A stretch of DNA of 63,877 bases, counting the filler, from Lama guanicoe (Eukaryota): NCBI GenBank assembly GCA_013239625.1. It is 76 parts of 74 records of this genome, joined end to end, with 100 filler letters (N's around TTAATTAATTAA, not from the genome) between each part and the next. Parts side by side here need not be neighbours in the genome. Positions count along the whole stretch, not along the records: positions 39,229 to 40,140 come from MU056410.1; positions 40,241 to 41,207 come from PNXV01020765.1; positions 41,308 to 41,765 come from PNXV01020766.1; positions 41,866 to 42,688 come from PNXV01020767.1; positions 42,789 to 43,597 come from PNXV01020768.1; positions 43,698 to 44,561 come from PNXV01020769.1; positions 44,662 to 45,232 come from PNXV01020770.1; positions 45,333 to 46,241 come from PNXV01020775.1; 68 more parts are not named here. One strand, written 5' to 3'. The position numbers were made by a program, and so were the translations under genes. Position 1 is the stretch's first letter, and the number at the start of each line of letters is the position of its first letter. Shown one piece after another: positions 39,229 through 51,454 of the stretch. The notes below the pieces were generated by a model. The model saw only the letters and a program-made list of their open reading frames with translations. It made no database searches and was not told where the DNA came from.

Positions 39229-40140
39229 ATGTCTCTGTGCCAGGGAATGCTAGGGGAGTTTGCAGGATATCCCAGTGCCAGAGGCTGCCTACCCAAGTTC
39301 AGATAAGGTAATCTCGGACTTCCCCGAACAGGGAACACCTGGGACTGAAGAGAGCTGCTTGGAGATGTCTCTCGAGCTCCCCCACGCACTGACAATGGTT
39401 CCGGAATCCTGAGAGTGGGAAGGTTCCACCAACGGTCGTCAGCGCGTTGGTTCTAACGGAATGCCTAAGCTCGTCTCCCCTGANNNNNNNNNNNNNNNNN
39501 NNNNNNNNNNNNNNNNNNNNNNGGGGGGTTTGCAGGATATCCCAGTGACAGAAGCTGCCTCCCCAAGGTCAGGGAAGTTATTTCTCGGAATTCCCGGAAC
39601 AGGGAAATCCTGTGACTGAAGAGAGCTGCGTGGAGTTGTCTCTCGAACTCCCCCACGCACTGAAAATCCTTTCGGATTCCTGAGAGTGGGGAGGTTCCAC
39701 CAACCGTCGTCAGCGCGTGGGTTCAGACGGAATGCCTAAGCTCGTCTCCCCTGAGGTTTTTCCTAATTTCTCTGTGCCAGGGAATGCTAGGGGGGTTTGC
39801 AGGATATCCCAGTGACAGATGCTGCATCCCCAAGTTCAGGGAAGGTTTTTCTCGGACTTCCCCGAAAAGGAAACACCTGTGACTGAAGAGAGCTGCGTGG
39901 AGTTGTCTCTCGAGCTCCCCCACGCACTGACAATGGTTCCGGAATCCTGAGCGTGGGGAGGTTCCACAAACGGTCGGCAGCGCGTGGGTTTTAACGGAAT
40001 GCCTATGCACGACTCCCCTGAGGATTTTCCTAATGTCTCTGTGCCAGGCAATGCTAGAGGGATTCCTGGATATCCCAGTGACAGAGGCTGAATCCCCAAG
40101 GTCAGTGAAGGTATTTCTCGGACTTCCCCGAACAGGGAAC
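39229..40140 (-). repeat. Satellite C, ~3.4 monomers
   Basis: ctcgga motif at 39584, 39851 and 40117 gives period 266-267. Confidence 0.94.
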
Positions 40141-40637
40141 NNNNNNNNNNNNNNNNNNNNNNNNNNNNNNNNNNNNNNNNNNNNTTAATTAATTAANNNN
40201 NNNNNNNNNNNNNNNNNNNNNNNNNNNNNNNNNNNNNNNNCCCATTTGTACTCAAGTTCTGCCTGGCGCTGCTTCCAGAACTCCAGAAGCAAGGTGACTA
40301 ACAGAGAGAGAGAAGAGCAGAAAGTTGATCTTCACTGATGACTGATGCTTCAGAAATCTGTACTTAATATTTATTACCCTTAACACTTTGGTAAATGGTT
40401 AATAAACTCACATTTTATTTATAGGCGATACCAAAGAGAAACACGAGTTAATGCCTTTTTTTTTTTAGAAAAAAGAAAATGTAGACAATTTATTGAACTT
40501 GTGAAAACAGACTATCTAGCTCTCTAGCTCAGGGGAAAGGTATTAATGTGATGGTCAGAGACAGGTGAATGTGTCTGACGCTGAAGTACCTGCTACCAGC
40601 ATATTATGCCCACTAAAAACACAAATATCGGGAGGAA

Positions 40638-40733
40638 GGGTGGGTATAGCTCAGTGGTAGAGCACGTGCTTAGCATGTACAAGGTCCTGGGTTCAAGACC
40701 CAGTACCTCCTTTGAAAAGAAAGTTAAAAAGAA
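40638..40733 (+). mobile_element. tRNA-Ala(AGC)-derived SINE / tRNA pseudogene with A-rich tail
   Basis: TAGCTCAGTGG A-box, GGTTCAAGACC B-box, TTAGCAT anticodon loop, mismatched acceptor stem, A-rich tail. Confidence 0.85.
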
Positions 40734-41307
40734 GGCACAAGTAACTGTCATAATTTAAAAGCAGTGCACGGCCCACCCTCCATTTCTTCCCCTCGCATCC
40801 CTCTGTCTCTTCCGTCCGAAGGGCCTGAGGGTGGGGAAGGGGATGAGAATGCTTTATTGGCCCCTGCATTTCTATTTTCCACCACCCCAGTCACACAAAA
40901 TTAAAATAATATTCTTAAATAAGGAAAACTGCCATTTTCTTCAATCTTCGCTAAAGTAATTCTTAGAAATCGTATCTTAGAAATCGTCATTCTGTTTCAA
41001 GACTCGTAACTTCAAAAGCAGACAAAAACAACATGAAATGTTAATTGAAAATGTGGCTTCAGGGTAAATCCCCTAAGCCCTTCTTCCAACCAGACTATTA
41101 CCCCTAGGCCCCAAGTCTAGAGAAATTGCAGAATAACCACTGTGCCCTCCACCATTGAACCTGAGTCTCTACCATGCTCTGAGAATAAAGAGATAAAAGA
41201 CACAGTCNNNNNNNNNNNNNNNNNNNNNNNNNNNNNNNNNNNNNNNNNNNNTTAATTAATTAANNNNNNNNNNNNNNNNNNNNNNNNNNNNNNNNNNNNN
41301 NNNNNNN

Positions 41308-41765
41308 AAATTGAATGAATGAGAGTAAGGCAAATAACAAGAGAAACAACTGAAAAAATAAAAAAAAACCTAAGTCTCTTTCTTTTAAACATAAAGTGGA
41401 CAAATGTTTAGGTTCATTAAGAAAATAAAGACTGAAATAAAATTAGAAATAAAAGAGAAGATATTACCACTGATGTTGTAGAGATGCAGAGCATCATAAG
41501 AAATTACCACTAGCCAACAAATTGAATGACCTAGAACAGAAGAAAGAAGACAAATTCCCAGAAACATATGTCTTCCAATACTAAATCAAGAAGAAATTAG
41601 CAAGTAAAATTGTGCAAAAGTGTGTATGAGTAAATCAGTAATCCAAATCTCACAAACCAAAAAATACTTACAAGAAGACTTTACCGGTGTATTTTGTCAT
41701 ACATTTGAAGACAATCTTTCACCAATTCTTCCCCAAATCTTCCAAGAATTTGAAGGGGGTGAAAG
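41308..41765 (+). mobile_element. Highly degenerate LINE-1 ORF2 fragment, copy 2
   Basis: Colinear with 27270-27710, including shared degenerate wording. Confidence 0.78.
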
Positions 41766-42474
41766 NNNNNNNNNNNNNNNNNNNNNNNNNNNNNNNNNNN
41801 NNNNNNNNNTTAATTAATTAANNNNNNNNNNNNNNNNNNNNNNNNNNNNNNNNNNNNNNNNNNNNTGGTTCCAGACTAGCTTAATAGTGAACATTTTGTT
41901 AAACAAGGCAAGAAAAACCTGGGATTTTGTGTCATACGGATGTGTATGTACACACACAAGCAAAAAGCCAAGGAAACAACTGAACAATCTCCTTTGTATT
42001 GAAACCATCCCTCCCAGGGGTGCACTGACTCCCAACCACAACCGCCAGTCACTTTGTCTTCATCCCAAATTAGATGCTCTTCTCACAGATCTGTCCTGTG
42101 TTTCTTAATATTAACCCCTTCCTACCCTGAAGGCGATCACCTTGCATAGACTTTAAGGGGTCTGAAGTATGCCATTTGGCTAACAATATTACAAAATCTA
42201 GAAGAGGATTGGGAAGTATTTAAATGAGATTTTTTTTCACTTTCTTATTTGTTTTAATAAATCCAAATCCTATATTCTATCTACTAAAGGACCCTTTCTA
42301 AATACTGAACCCACCCTTTTTGGTGGGTTCCCATTCAGTGATGACACCTCCTTTCCACTTGCTAATAATTCATTCAATGACTTTTTAATGGAACTGCTTC
42401 TCATCTTTGTACCATGAGAAGGCCTGAGAAATACAAATAAACTGATCCCAATGTTCGTGTTTCCTTGACTGATT

Positions 42475-42688
42475 TCTTCTTTTTTATTTTTTTACTTCAA
42501 ATCTCTTTTTTCTTAATTGAAATATAGTCAGTTACAATATGTCGATTACTGATTTACAGCATAAAGTCCCACCCATGCATATATACATATATATTTATTT
42601 TCAGATTCTTCTTCATTAAAGGTTATTAAAAAGATATTCAATATAGTTCCTTGTGCTATACAGAAGAAATCTGTCTTCTATCTATTTT
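42475..42688 (-). mobile_element. LINE-1 3' end (artiodactyl/camelid type), antisense with T-rich tail
   Basis: taattgaaatatagtcagttacaat...ttttcagattct...aggttatt...aagatatt...tatagttccttgtgctatacag. Confidence 0.8.
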
Positions 42689-43697
42689 NNNNNNNNNNNN
42701 NNNNNNNNNNNNNNNNNNNNNNNNNNNNNNNNTTAATTAATTAANNNNNNNNNNNNNNNNNNNNNNNNNNNNNNNNNNNNNNNNNNNNGCCCCTGCAGTG
42801 GGAAAGGCAGCCCCTCTGAGCACTTGTTGTTCTGTATACTTCCTGCCTTCACACGGGTTTGCTAGGCACCGTGCAGGACAATGCAGTTACCCAAGGTGGA
42901 TGACGGGGAGACCCCTGCTGTGTGGTGAGCCACAGGAGCCCACACTTGAAGGACAAACTGTAGAGTAGTGGGGCGGTCATAGGAACAGAGGATGGTTGAG
43001 ACACAGGATAGTGTCCTGGAGTCCAGCAGCCAAGGCTGGTGGGGCAGATGGGGCCCTGGGTTATGAGCAGTCCTTGAGGGATCTGAAGCAAAGATAGTAA
43101 CCAAGAGACTTGATTCGTGTGGGGGTACAGCGCCCCTTGGAGGCTGCGGGGCAGCTCAGCGAGCCCAGGGAGAGCCAAGCACTTCCCCAGAGCTGGGTTG
43201 ACAGGTCACAACCAACTCATTGGGGACCGAGAGGCACTGAGTCATTTTTAAATTTTTGTCCCTCTTCCTGGAAAAGAAACTGCTGCCTGTTAAATAGCCT
43301 GTGTCATTAGTGAGAATTAAAGACATGAAGCAAGATTGCCTCAAAAGTCATCCATTGTGTAGTTGTTAATAAGGGTCAAATGCAAACATGATTAGATGAA
43401 ATGAAACATTCATCAGAGGATTTTAAAATCCTTTAAAATAAAAATTCTTGCTGCCTTTGTTCTTCATTTCAGGGTTCACTTGGTGATAATAATAGTAAAC
43501 AAAGCAACAGCAAACCCTTACAGTACTCTGTCCTGCTGTTGCAGGAATGCTGTGTTCACGACAATTCAATGAGTTGGCACCACTATGACTTCCACTTNNN
43601 NNNNNNNNNNNNNNNNNNNNNNNNNNNNNNNNNNNNNNNNNTTAATTAATTAANNNNNNNNNNNNNNNNNNNNNNNNNNNNNNNNNNNNNNNNNNNN

Positions 43698-44561
43698 AAT
43701 GTTTTGTTGTTGTCCACGTGCAAGACTTTCACCTCTTTGGTCAGATGTATTCCTAAGTATTGTATTTGTTTTTTAGATGCATTTTAAAAGGGATCCTACC
43801 TTTACTTTTATTTTCTTGTTGATTCAGTGTTAGTGTAAAGAAATGCAACTGATTTTTGTATGTTAATCTTGTATCCTGCTCTCTTGCTGAATTCTAGTAT
43901 CTTTAGAAGTTTTAGTGTGGAGCTTTTAGGGTTTTGTGTATATAGCATTTTGTCCTATGTGTATAATGTAAACTTTACTTCTTCTTTTCCAATTTGGATC
44001 CCTTGTATTTCTTTTTCTTGCCTGAGTTCTGTGGGTAGAACTTCCAAGACTATGTTGAATAGCAGCAGTGAGAGTGGGCATCTTTGTTTTGTTCCGGATT
44101 TTAGTGGGAAGGTTTTTAGGTTTTCACTGTTGAGTACTGTGCTGGGTGTAGGTTTTTCGTAAATAGCTTGTATTATGTTGAAATATATTCCCTTTATACC
44201 CACTTTGGTGAGAGTTTTTACCATCAGTGGGTGAATTTTGTCAAATGCTTTTTCTGCATCTACTGAGTATCATGTGGTTTTTGTCCTTTCTTTTGTGGAT
44301 GTGGTGTATCACATTGATTGATTTGCATATGTTGAACCATCCCTGTGTCCATGTGTCCCTGGGGTAAATCCAACTTGATCATGGTGTATGATCTTTTTTA
44401 ATGTGTTGTTGGGTTTCGTTTGCTAATATTTTGTTGAGGATTTTTGCATCTACTTTCACCAGTGATACTGGGCTGTAATTTTCTTTTTTGGTAGTGTCTT
44501 TGTCTGGTTTTCATATAGGGGTGATGGTGGCTTCATAGAATGAGTTTGGGAGTGCTCCCTC
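43698..44561 (-). mobile_element. LINE-1 ORF2 RT region, disrupted
   Basis: Minus-strand [10 protein letters not shown]...[21 protein letters not shown]...[10 protein letters not shown]; stop within the YADD region. Confidence 0.96.
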
Positions 44562-44661
44562 NNNNNNNNNNNNNNNNNNNNNNNNNNNNNNNNNNNNNNN
44601 NNNNNTTAATTAATTAANNNNNNNNNNNNNNNNNNNNNNNNNNNNNNNNNNNNNNNNNNNN

Positions 44662-44872
44662 GTATTTGACATTTTCAAATTCTGTGTATAAGTCAGACCA
44701 CATAGTTTTGATTTCTATATATGGCTTATTTCACTTAGCATAATGTCCTCCAGGTCATCCATGTTGTCATGAATGGTAGGATCATTTTATTTTTTGAAAC
44801 TAAATAATATTCTGTTATACATATATACCACAAAATTTCTTTATCCATTTATGTGTCAATGTACATTTAGGT
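44662..44872 (-). mobile_element. LINE-1 3' region fragment (L1MA/MB-like)
   Basis: ggcttatttcacttagcataatgtcctccagg...tataccaca...ttctttatccatt. Confidence 0.8.
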
Positions 44873-44879
44873 TAAAATG

Positions 44880-45232
44880 ACCTTTCAAGGATGCCAAAGC
44901 ATCTATTATAAAGATGTTGTAATGAATTATTAAAATGCTTAAGACAAATGAACAAAAACAAAGTTTTAGCAATGAAATAGAAGAAAAATTAAATTGAATT
45001 TTATAAATAAAAATAGATTAATTTTTTAAAAGATTGATGGACTGGCTCAACAGCAGAATGAGGTATACAGAGGAAAGAATCAGTGAACTTGAAGAAAACA
45101 GAAATCATCCAATCTAAACAAAAGTAAGATAACAGACTGAAAACAAACAAAGAAAGCAGAGTCTCAGGAACATGTGGGACTTAAACTACATATCTGACAT
45201 CTGTGTCATCAGAATCCTGGAAAAACAGAAGA
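44880..45232 (+). mobile_element. Old LINE-1 ORF1 fragment
   Basis: gctcaacagcagaatg...acagaggaaagaatcagtgaacttgaaga...atccaatct...tgtgggac. Confidence 0.75.
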
Positions 45233-45332
45233 NNNNNNNNNNNNNNNNNNNNNNNNNNNNNNNNNNNNNNNNNNNNTTAATTAATTAANNNNNNNNNNNN
45301 NNNNNNNNNNNNNNNNNNNNNNNNNNNNNNNN

Positions 45333-46241
45333 AGGCATTGTCTCTGCTTTTTATGGCAAGGAGACAGGAGTGTGGATGCGCAGGTGCTTGCTTAAAAGAA
45401 GTTACTAAGCACATTTTTTCTTCTTAAAGTTGACCGGCGGCTGGGGTGTGTTACAACTTGTTAACCCAATCATGGGCTGCCACATGGAACCATTATTGAG
45501 GACATCCTAGGATGACAAATCATGGCTCTGGGTCTTTTCCTGCCAGATTCGGCCACTCCAGCAGGGTCTAGACACATCCCTGAATAACGACCCCACAGAA
45601 CCACCTAAACTCTTAAATCCTTGTGCTTGAAACGTAATTTTAGCTCTACACAAATTAAATAATGTAGAAAAGATTCAGAAATAAAAGATATTATATTCTT
45701 TTTATATCTCATCATATTACTGATTTTTCTGATTGCTCTAAGCTGCTTTATTGGTAAAGCACCTAATTCTGCAGGTGAATTCAGTACTTTCCTTTGGGCA
45801 TAACTAGACAGTCTGGGCTGTCTGACTTCTATTAGTCAAATACTGATACACATAATTGATTTTTTTGTTCATCAATTTCAGCCTGGAGGTGAGGGTCTGT
45901 CACTATTTTCCTTAGCCCAACCTATTCTCTTTTCTCATCAGCATCACAGGCCTCCAGAAAACAAAACAAAGCATTTGTTTCCCTTCATCTACACTTTCTA
46001 CAAATGCAACAGGAATCATCAGCCTAGAGAATGAATTCAACACAAATGTTAAAACAAAAATCTACAAACCTGAAGCAACTCCATCTCCGAATCATGATAC
46101 ACAGTGACATGAAAGTAAGTGTGTCAGGCACAAAGCTTGCGTGAGCCTGACCACCTCATTTCTATTATTGAAAGGAAGGAAGGTTTTTATATTTTTTTCT
46201 TATCATTCTTTGTCATTGTTTCTGATTAAGCCAAAAAATAG
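45333..46241 (+). repeat. Unclassified duplicated sequence, copy 2
   Basis: Colinear with 26115-27001; spans the gap present in copy 1. Confidence 0.85.
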
Positions 46242-46341
46242 NNNNNNNNNNNNNNNNNNNNNNNNNNNNNNNNNNNNNNNNNNNNTTAATTAATTAANNN
46301 NNNNNNNNNNNNNNNNNNNNNNNNNNNNNNNNNNNNNNNNN

Positions 46342-47441
46342 AGCTCTCTTCAGTCACAGGTGTTCCCGGTTCGGGGGAAGTCCGAGAAATCTCTTCCCTG
46401 AACTTTGGGAGTCAACCTCTGTCTCTGGGATTTCCTGTAAACCAACCTAGCGTTCCCTGGCACAGAGACATTAGGAAAACCCTCCGGGGTGACGAGCTTA
46501 GGCATTCCCTTATAAAGCACGTTCTGTGGACCATTGGTGGAACCTCCCGACGCTCAGGATTCCGGAAACATAATCAGTGCGTGGGGGAGCACGTGAGACA
46601 ACTCCACGCAGCTCTGTTCAGTCACAGGTGTTCCCTCTTANNNNNNNNNNNNNNNNNNNNNNNNNNNNNNNNNNNNNNNNNNNNNNNNNNNNNNNNNNNN
46701 NNNNNNNNNNNNNNNNNNNNNNNNNNNNNNNNNNNNNNNNNNNNNNNNNNNNNNNNNNNNNNNNNNNNNNNNNNNNNNNNNNNNNNNNNNNNNNNNNNNN
46801 NNNNNNNNNNNNNNNNNNNNNNNNNNNNNNNNNNNNNNNNNNNNNNNNNTGGGGGAGCTCCAAAGACAACTCCACGCAGCTCTCTTCTGTCACAAGTGTT
46901 CCCGGTTCGGGGAAAGTCCCAGAAATATCTTCCCTGACCTTAGGGAGGCAGCCTCTGTCTCTGGGTTTTCAAAAAACCCCCCTAGCGTTCCCTGGCTCAG
47001 AGACATTAGGAAAACTCTCAGGGTTGACGAGCTTAGGTATTCCCTTAGAACCCACGGACTGCCGACCTTTGGTGGATTCTCCACACGCTCAGGTTTCCGG
47101 AAAAATTGTCAGTGTGTGGGGAAGCTGGAGGGACATCTCCACGCAGCTCTCTTCAGTCACAGGTTTTCCCGGTTCAGGGGAAGTCCGAGAAATAGCTTCC
47201 CTGACCTTAGGCAGTCGCTGACACTGGACATGCCAGTGCAAACCCCAGCATTCCCTGACAGCCAGACATTAGGAAAATCATCAGGGGAGACGAGCTAAGG
47301 CATTGCCTTAGAACCCTCGCGTTGCCGAATGTTGGTGGAACCTCCCCTCTCAGCATTCAAGAAACATTTTCTGTGCTTGGGGGAGCTCGAGGGACAACTC
47401 CACGCAGCTCCCGCCGTCACAGGTGTTCCCTGCTAGGGGGA
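46342..47441 (+). repeat. Satellite C, with a C1-to-C2 subfamily switch near 47210
   Basis: C motifs throughout; the last monomer matches the variants at 16407-17257. Confidence 0.92.
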
Positions 47442-47541
47442 NNNNNNNNNNNNNNNNNNNNNNNNNNNNNNNNNNNNNNNNNNNNTTAATTAATTAANNN
47501 NNNNNNNNNNNNNNNNNNNNNNNNNNNNNNNNNNNNNNNNN

Positions 47542-48034
47542 CTGCGGGAGGGCGGTCCGCGTGTCACAGCCCCTCAGGGCGCCAGTCAGCATGTGTTCAG
47601 CTGAATTCCTCGGGACAGACCCCTCTGCCCGCGCCACCTGCCGCCTCTCGCCCCAGCCGGGCTCCCGTCAGTCCGCGGCTGGCGTCCCCTTCTCCTCTCC
47701 CGCCCGCGAGTCCTCTCCTCCCGGGCTTCCTGTCCTTGGCTGCCGCCCGTCCCCACACCTCAGCGGGCTGTGTCCCGGGCGGGCGGGGTCTGGGGACCCG
47801 GACGGTGAGGCTGGGGCTGGGGCTGGCCTCCGAGCTGGGCTGCAGACCGCGTTTCACCCCCCCTCGCTTTCCCTGCCCCGTGAACCCGGGCTGCCTTCCT
47901 CTCCCTTTCCTGCTCCCTGAGGACCAGCTCAGTGGCGTGGGCGCTGCTCTCTGGCCTGAGAACCACCGGCTGTGACGCCCAGCTTCTGGTGGAGTCGGGA
48001 AAAGGGAGCGGCAGTTCTGAGCGAGCTTCTGTCT
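47542..48034. promoter_or_regulatory. CpG-island-like GC-rich fragment
   Basis: Very GC-rich with many CpG and GGGCGGG motifs; not tandemly repeated. Confidence 0.55.
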
Positions 48035-48134
48035 NNNNNNNNNNNNNNNNNNNNNNNNNNNNNNNNNNNNNNNNNNNNTTAATTAATTAANNNNNNNNNN
48101 NNNNNNNNNNNNNNNNNNNNNNNNNNNNNNNNNN

Positions 48135-48542
48135 ACATTCTATATTCTGCATTCCGTATTCTATATCCTATATACTGTGTTCTTAATTCAATATTCTAAA
48201 TTCTATTTTTAGTACTCTGTATTCTATATTCTAAATTCTGTGTTTTGCATTCCATATTCTAAATTCTGGGTTCTATATTCTCTATTCTCTATTCTCTACT
48301 GTGTGTTTTCCATTCTATATTCTACATAATNNNNNNNNNNNNNNNNNNNNNNNNNNNNNNNNNNNNNNNNNNNNNNNNNNNNNNNNNNNNNNNNNNNNNN
48401 NNNNNNNNNNNNNNNNNNNNNNNNNNNNNTCTGCATGTTCTAAATTCTGTATTCTATATTCTTTTTTCTCTATTCTATATTCTGTGTTCTACGTTCTATA
48501 TTCTAAATTCTATTTTCAGTATTCTACATTCTATATTCTAAA
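48135..48542 (+). repeat. Satellite A
   Basis: ATTCTAT heptamers. Confidence 0.92.
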
Positions 48543-49229
48543 NNNNNNNNNNNNNNNNNNNNNNNNNNNNNNNNNNNNNNNNNNNNTTAATTAATTAANN
48601 NNNNNNNNNNNNNNNNNNNNNNNNNNNNNNNNNNNNNNNNNNTACCTTATCTTTAGCCTCTTTGATCTCTTGAATAGGATTCATTTTCTGAGAAGAAAAC
48701 TCACCTGCTCAGTTTATGTTTCTTTTTTAATGAACATAACATAAACAGCTTCATGGGCAATGCGTCTTGGCTTTATCAAACAGAAACTGTCTTCTGAATT
48801 TTGTGTTTGGCCCAGCGTATCTCTCAAGCAGGCCTAACTGTGAACACAAGATAGAGTAAAATCAGCTTTTAAACTATAGCTGGACCAGCTAGCATCTGTC
48901 AGCTGCGTTCAGTTGACGTTCCCNNNNNNNNNNNNNNNNNNNNNNNNNNNNNNNNNNNNNNNNNNNNNNNNNNNNNNNNNNNNNNNNNNNNNNNNNNNNA
49001 TTTTTACATTTGAGAAGTAAATTCAGGGTATTTCTGCTATGCAGCTAGTTGTTTTTAATCAAGGATTCTCTCATATTGGTTTTTTTTTTTGTGCGAATAT
49101 GTAAACATTTCTTTGCATTTCCTTTCAAANNNNNNNNNNNNNNNNNNNNNNNNNNNNNNNNNNNNNNNNNNNNTTAATTAATTAANNNNNNNNNNNNNNN
49201 NNNNNNNNNNNNNNNNNNNNNNNNNNNNN

Positions 49230-50140
49230 TACATAATACTGAATATAATATTTATAATATAGAATGAAGAACACAGAACTTATAACATAGAATACAGAAA
49301 GCTCAAATAGTATTTAGAATATAAAAGCAGAACACAGTATATAGAATATATAATATAGTTTAAAGAACCCAGAATTTAGAACATGGAATGCAGAACTCAG
49401 AATTTAGATTATAGAATACATTATACTGAATATAAAATTTAGAATATAGAATGTAGAACACAAAATTTAGAATATAGAATACAGAANNNNNNNNNNNNNN
49501 NNNNNNNNNNNNNNNNNNNNNNNNNNNNNNNNNNNNNNNNNNNNNNNNNNNNNNNNNTTTAGAACATGGAATGCAGAACACAGAATTTAGAATATAGAAT
49601 ACAGAATACTGAATATAGACTTTACAGTATAGCATGTAGAACACAAAATTTAGAATATCGAATAGAGAATGCTGAAAATACAATTTAGAAAATAGAATGT
49701 AAAACACAGAATATAGAAAATAGAAAAGAGGATATAGAACCCAGAATTTAGAACATGGATTGCAGAACACAGAATTTAGAATATAGTATACAGAATACTT
49801 AATAAACAGTTTCAAAATTCAATGCAGAACACAGAATATAGAATATAAAATACATAATACTGAATATATAATTTAGAATATAGAATGTAGAAAACAGAAT
49901 AAAAAATATAGCTTAGAGAATATTGAAGCCAGATTTTGGAACATGGAAAGCAGAATTCATAATTTAGAATATAGAATACAGAATACTGAATATATAATTT
50001 AGAATATGGAATGAAAACACAAATTCAGAATATAAATAATACTGAATATAGAATTGAGAATATAGAATGTAGAACACATAATTTAGAATGCAGAATACAG
50101 AAAGCTGACTACAGTATTTAGAATATAGAAAGCAGAACTC
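49230..50140 (-). repeat. Satellite A
   Basis: ATAGAAT heptamers. Confidence 0.93.
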
Positions 50141-50240
50141 NNNNNNNNNNNNNNNNNNNNNNNNNNNNNNNNNNNNNNNNNNNNTTAATTAATTAANNNN
50201 NNNNNNNNNNNNNNNNNNNNNNNNNNNNNNNNNNNNNNNN

Positions 50241-51240
50241 TCAGTCACAGGTGTTCCCTGTTAGGGGAAGTCCGAGAAATAATTTCTCTGACATTGGGGA
50301 GGCAGCCTCTGTCCCTAGGATTTCCTGGAAACACCCCTAGCATTCCCTGGCACAGAGACATCAGGAAAACCCTCAGGGGAGACGAGCATTGGCATTCCGT
50401 TAGAACCCACGCGCTGCCCACCGTTGGTGGAACCTCCCCACGCTCAGGATTCCGGAAAGATTGTCAGTGCGTGGGGAGCTCGAGAGACAACTCCACGCAG
50501 CTCTCTTAGGTCACAGGTGTTCCCTGTTCGGGGAAGTCCGAGAAACACATTCTCTGACCTTAAGGAGGCTGCCTCTGTCCCTGGGACTTCCTGCAAACAC
50601 ACCTAGAATTCCCCGGCACAGAGACATCAGGAAAACCCTCAGGGGAGACGAGCATTGGCATTCCGTTAGAACCCACGCGCTGCCCACCGTTGGTGGAACC
50701 TCCCCACGCTCAGGATTCCGGGAAGATTGTCAGTGCGTGGGGAGCTCGAGAGACAACTCCACGCAGCTCTCTTAGGTCACAGGTGTTCCCTGTTCGGGGA
50801 AGTCCGAGAAATACCTTNNNNNNNNNNNNNNNNNNNNNNNNNNNNNNNNNNNNNNNNNNNNNNNNNNNNNNNNNNNNNNNNNNNNNNNNNNNNNNNNNNN
50901 NNNNNNNNNNNNNNNNNNNNNNNNNNNNNNNNNNNNNNNNNNNNNNNNNNNNNNNNNNNNNNNNNNNNNNNNNNNNNNNNNNNNNNNNNNGGGAGCTCGA
51001 GAGACAACTCCACGCAGCTCTCTTCAGTCACAGGTGTTCCCTGTTCGGGGAAGTCCGAGAAATACCTTCTCTGACCTTTGGGGAGGCAGCCTCTGTCCCT
51101 GGGAATTCCTGCAAACCCCCCTAGCATTCCCAGGCACAGAGAAATCAGGAAAACCCTCAGGGGAGATGAGCTTAGGCAGTCGGTTCAAACGCACGCACTA
51201 CCGACCGTTGGTGGAACCTCCCCACGCTCAGGATTCCGGA
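50241..51240 (+). repeat. Satellite C
   Basis: gtcacaggtgttccctg at 50244, 50510 and 50776 gives period 266. Confidence 0.95.
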
Positions 51241-51454
51241 NNNNNNNNNNNNNNNNNNNNNNNNNNNNNNNNNNNNNNNNNNNNTTAATTAATTAANNNN
51301 NNNNNNNNNNNNNNNNNNNNNNNNNNNNNNNNNNNNNNNNTGCTGTGGTTAGTTAAGTTGGGACATTTAGGAAATTTAGCTAGGTTTTCAAGACATTGAT
51401 TTCAGCCACTTTATCTTTACTATAATCTCTTATTTGTGTCGGCCTATGGTCCAC

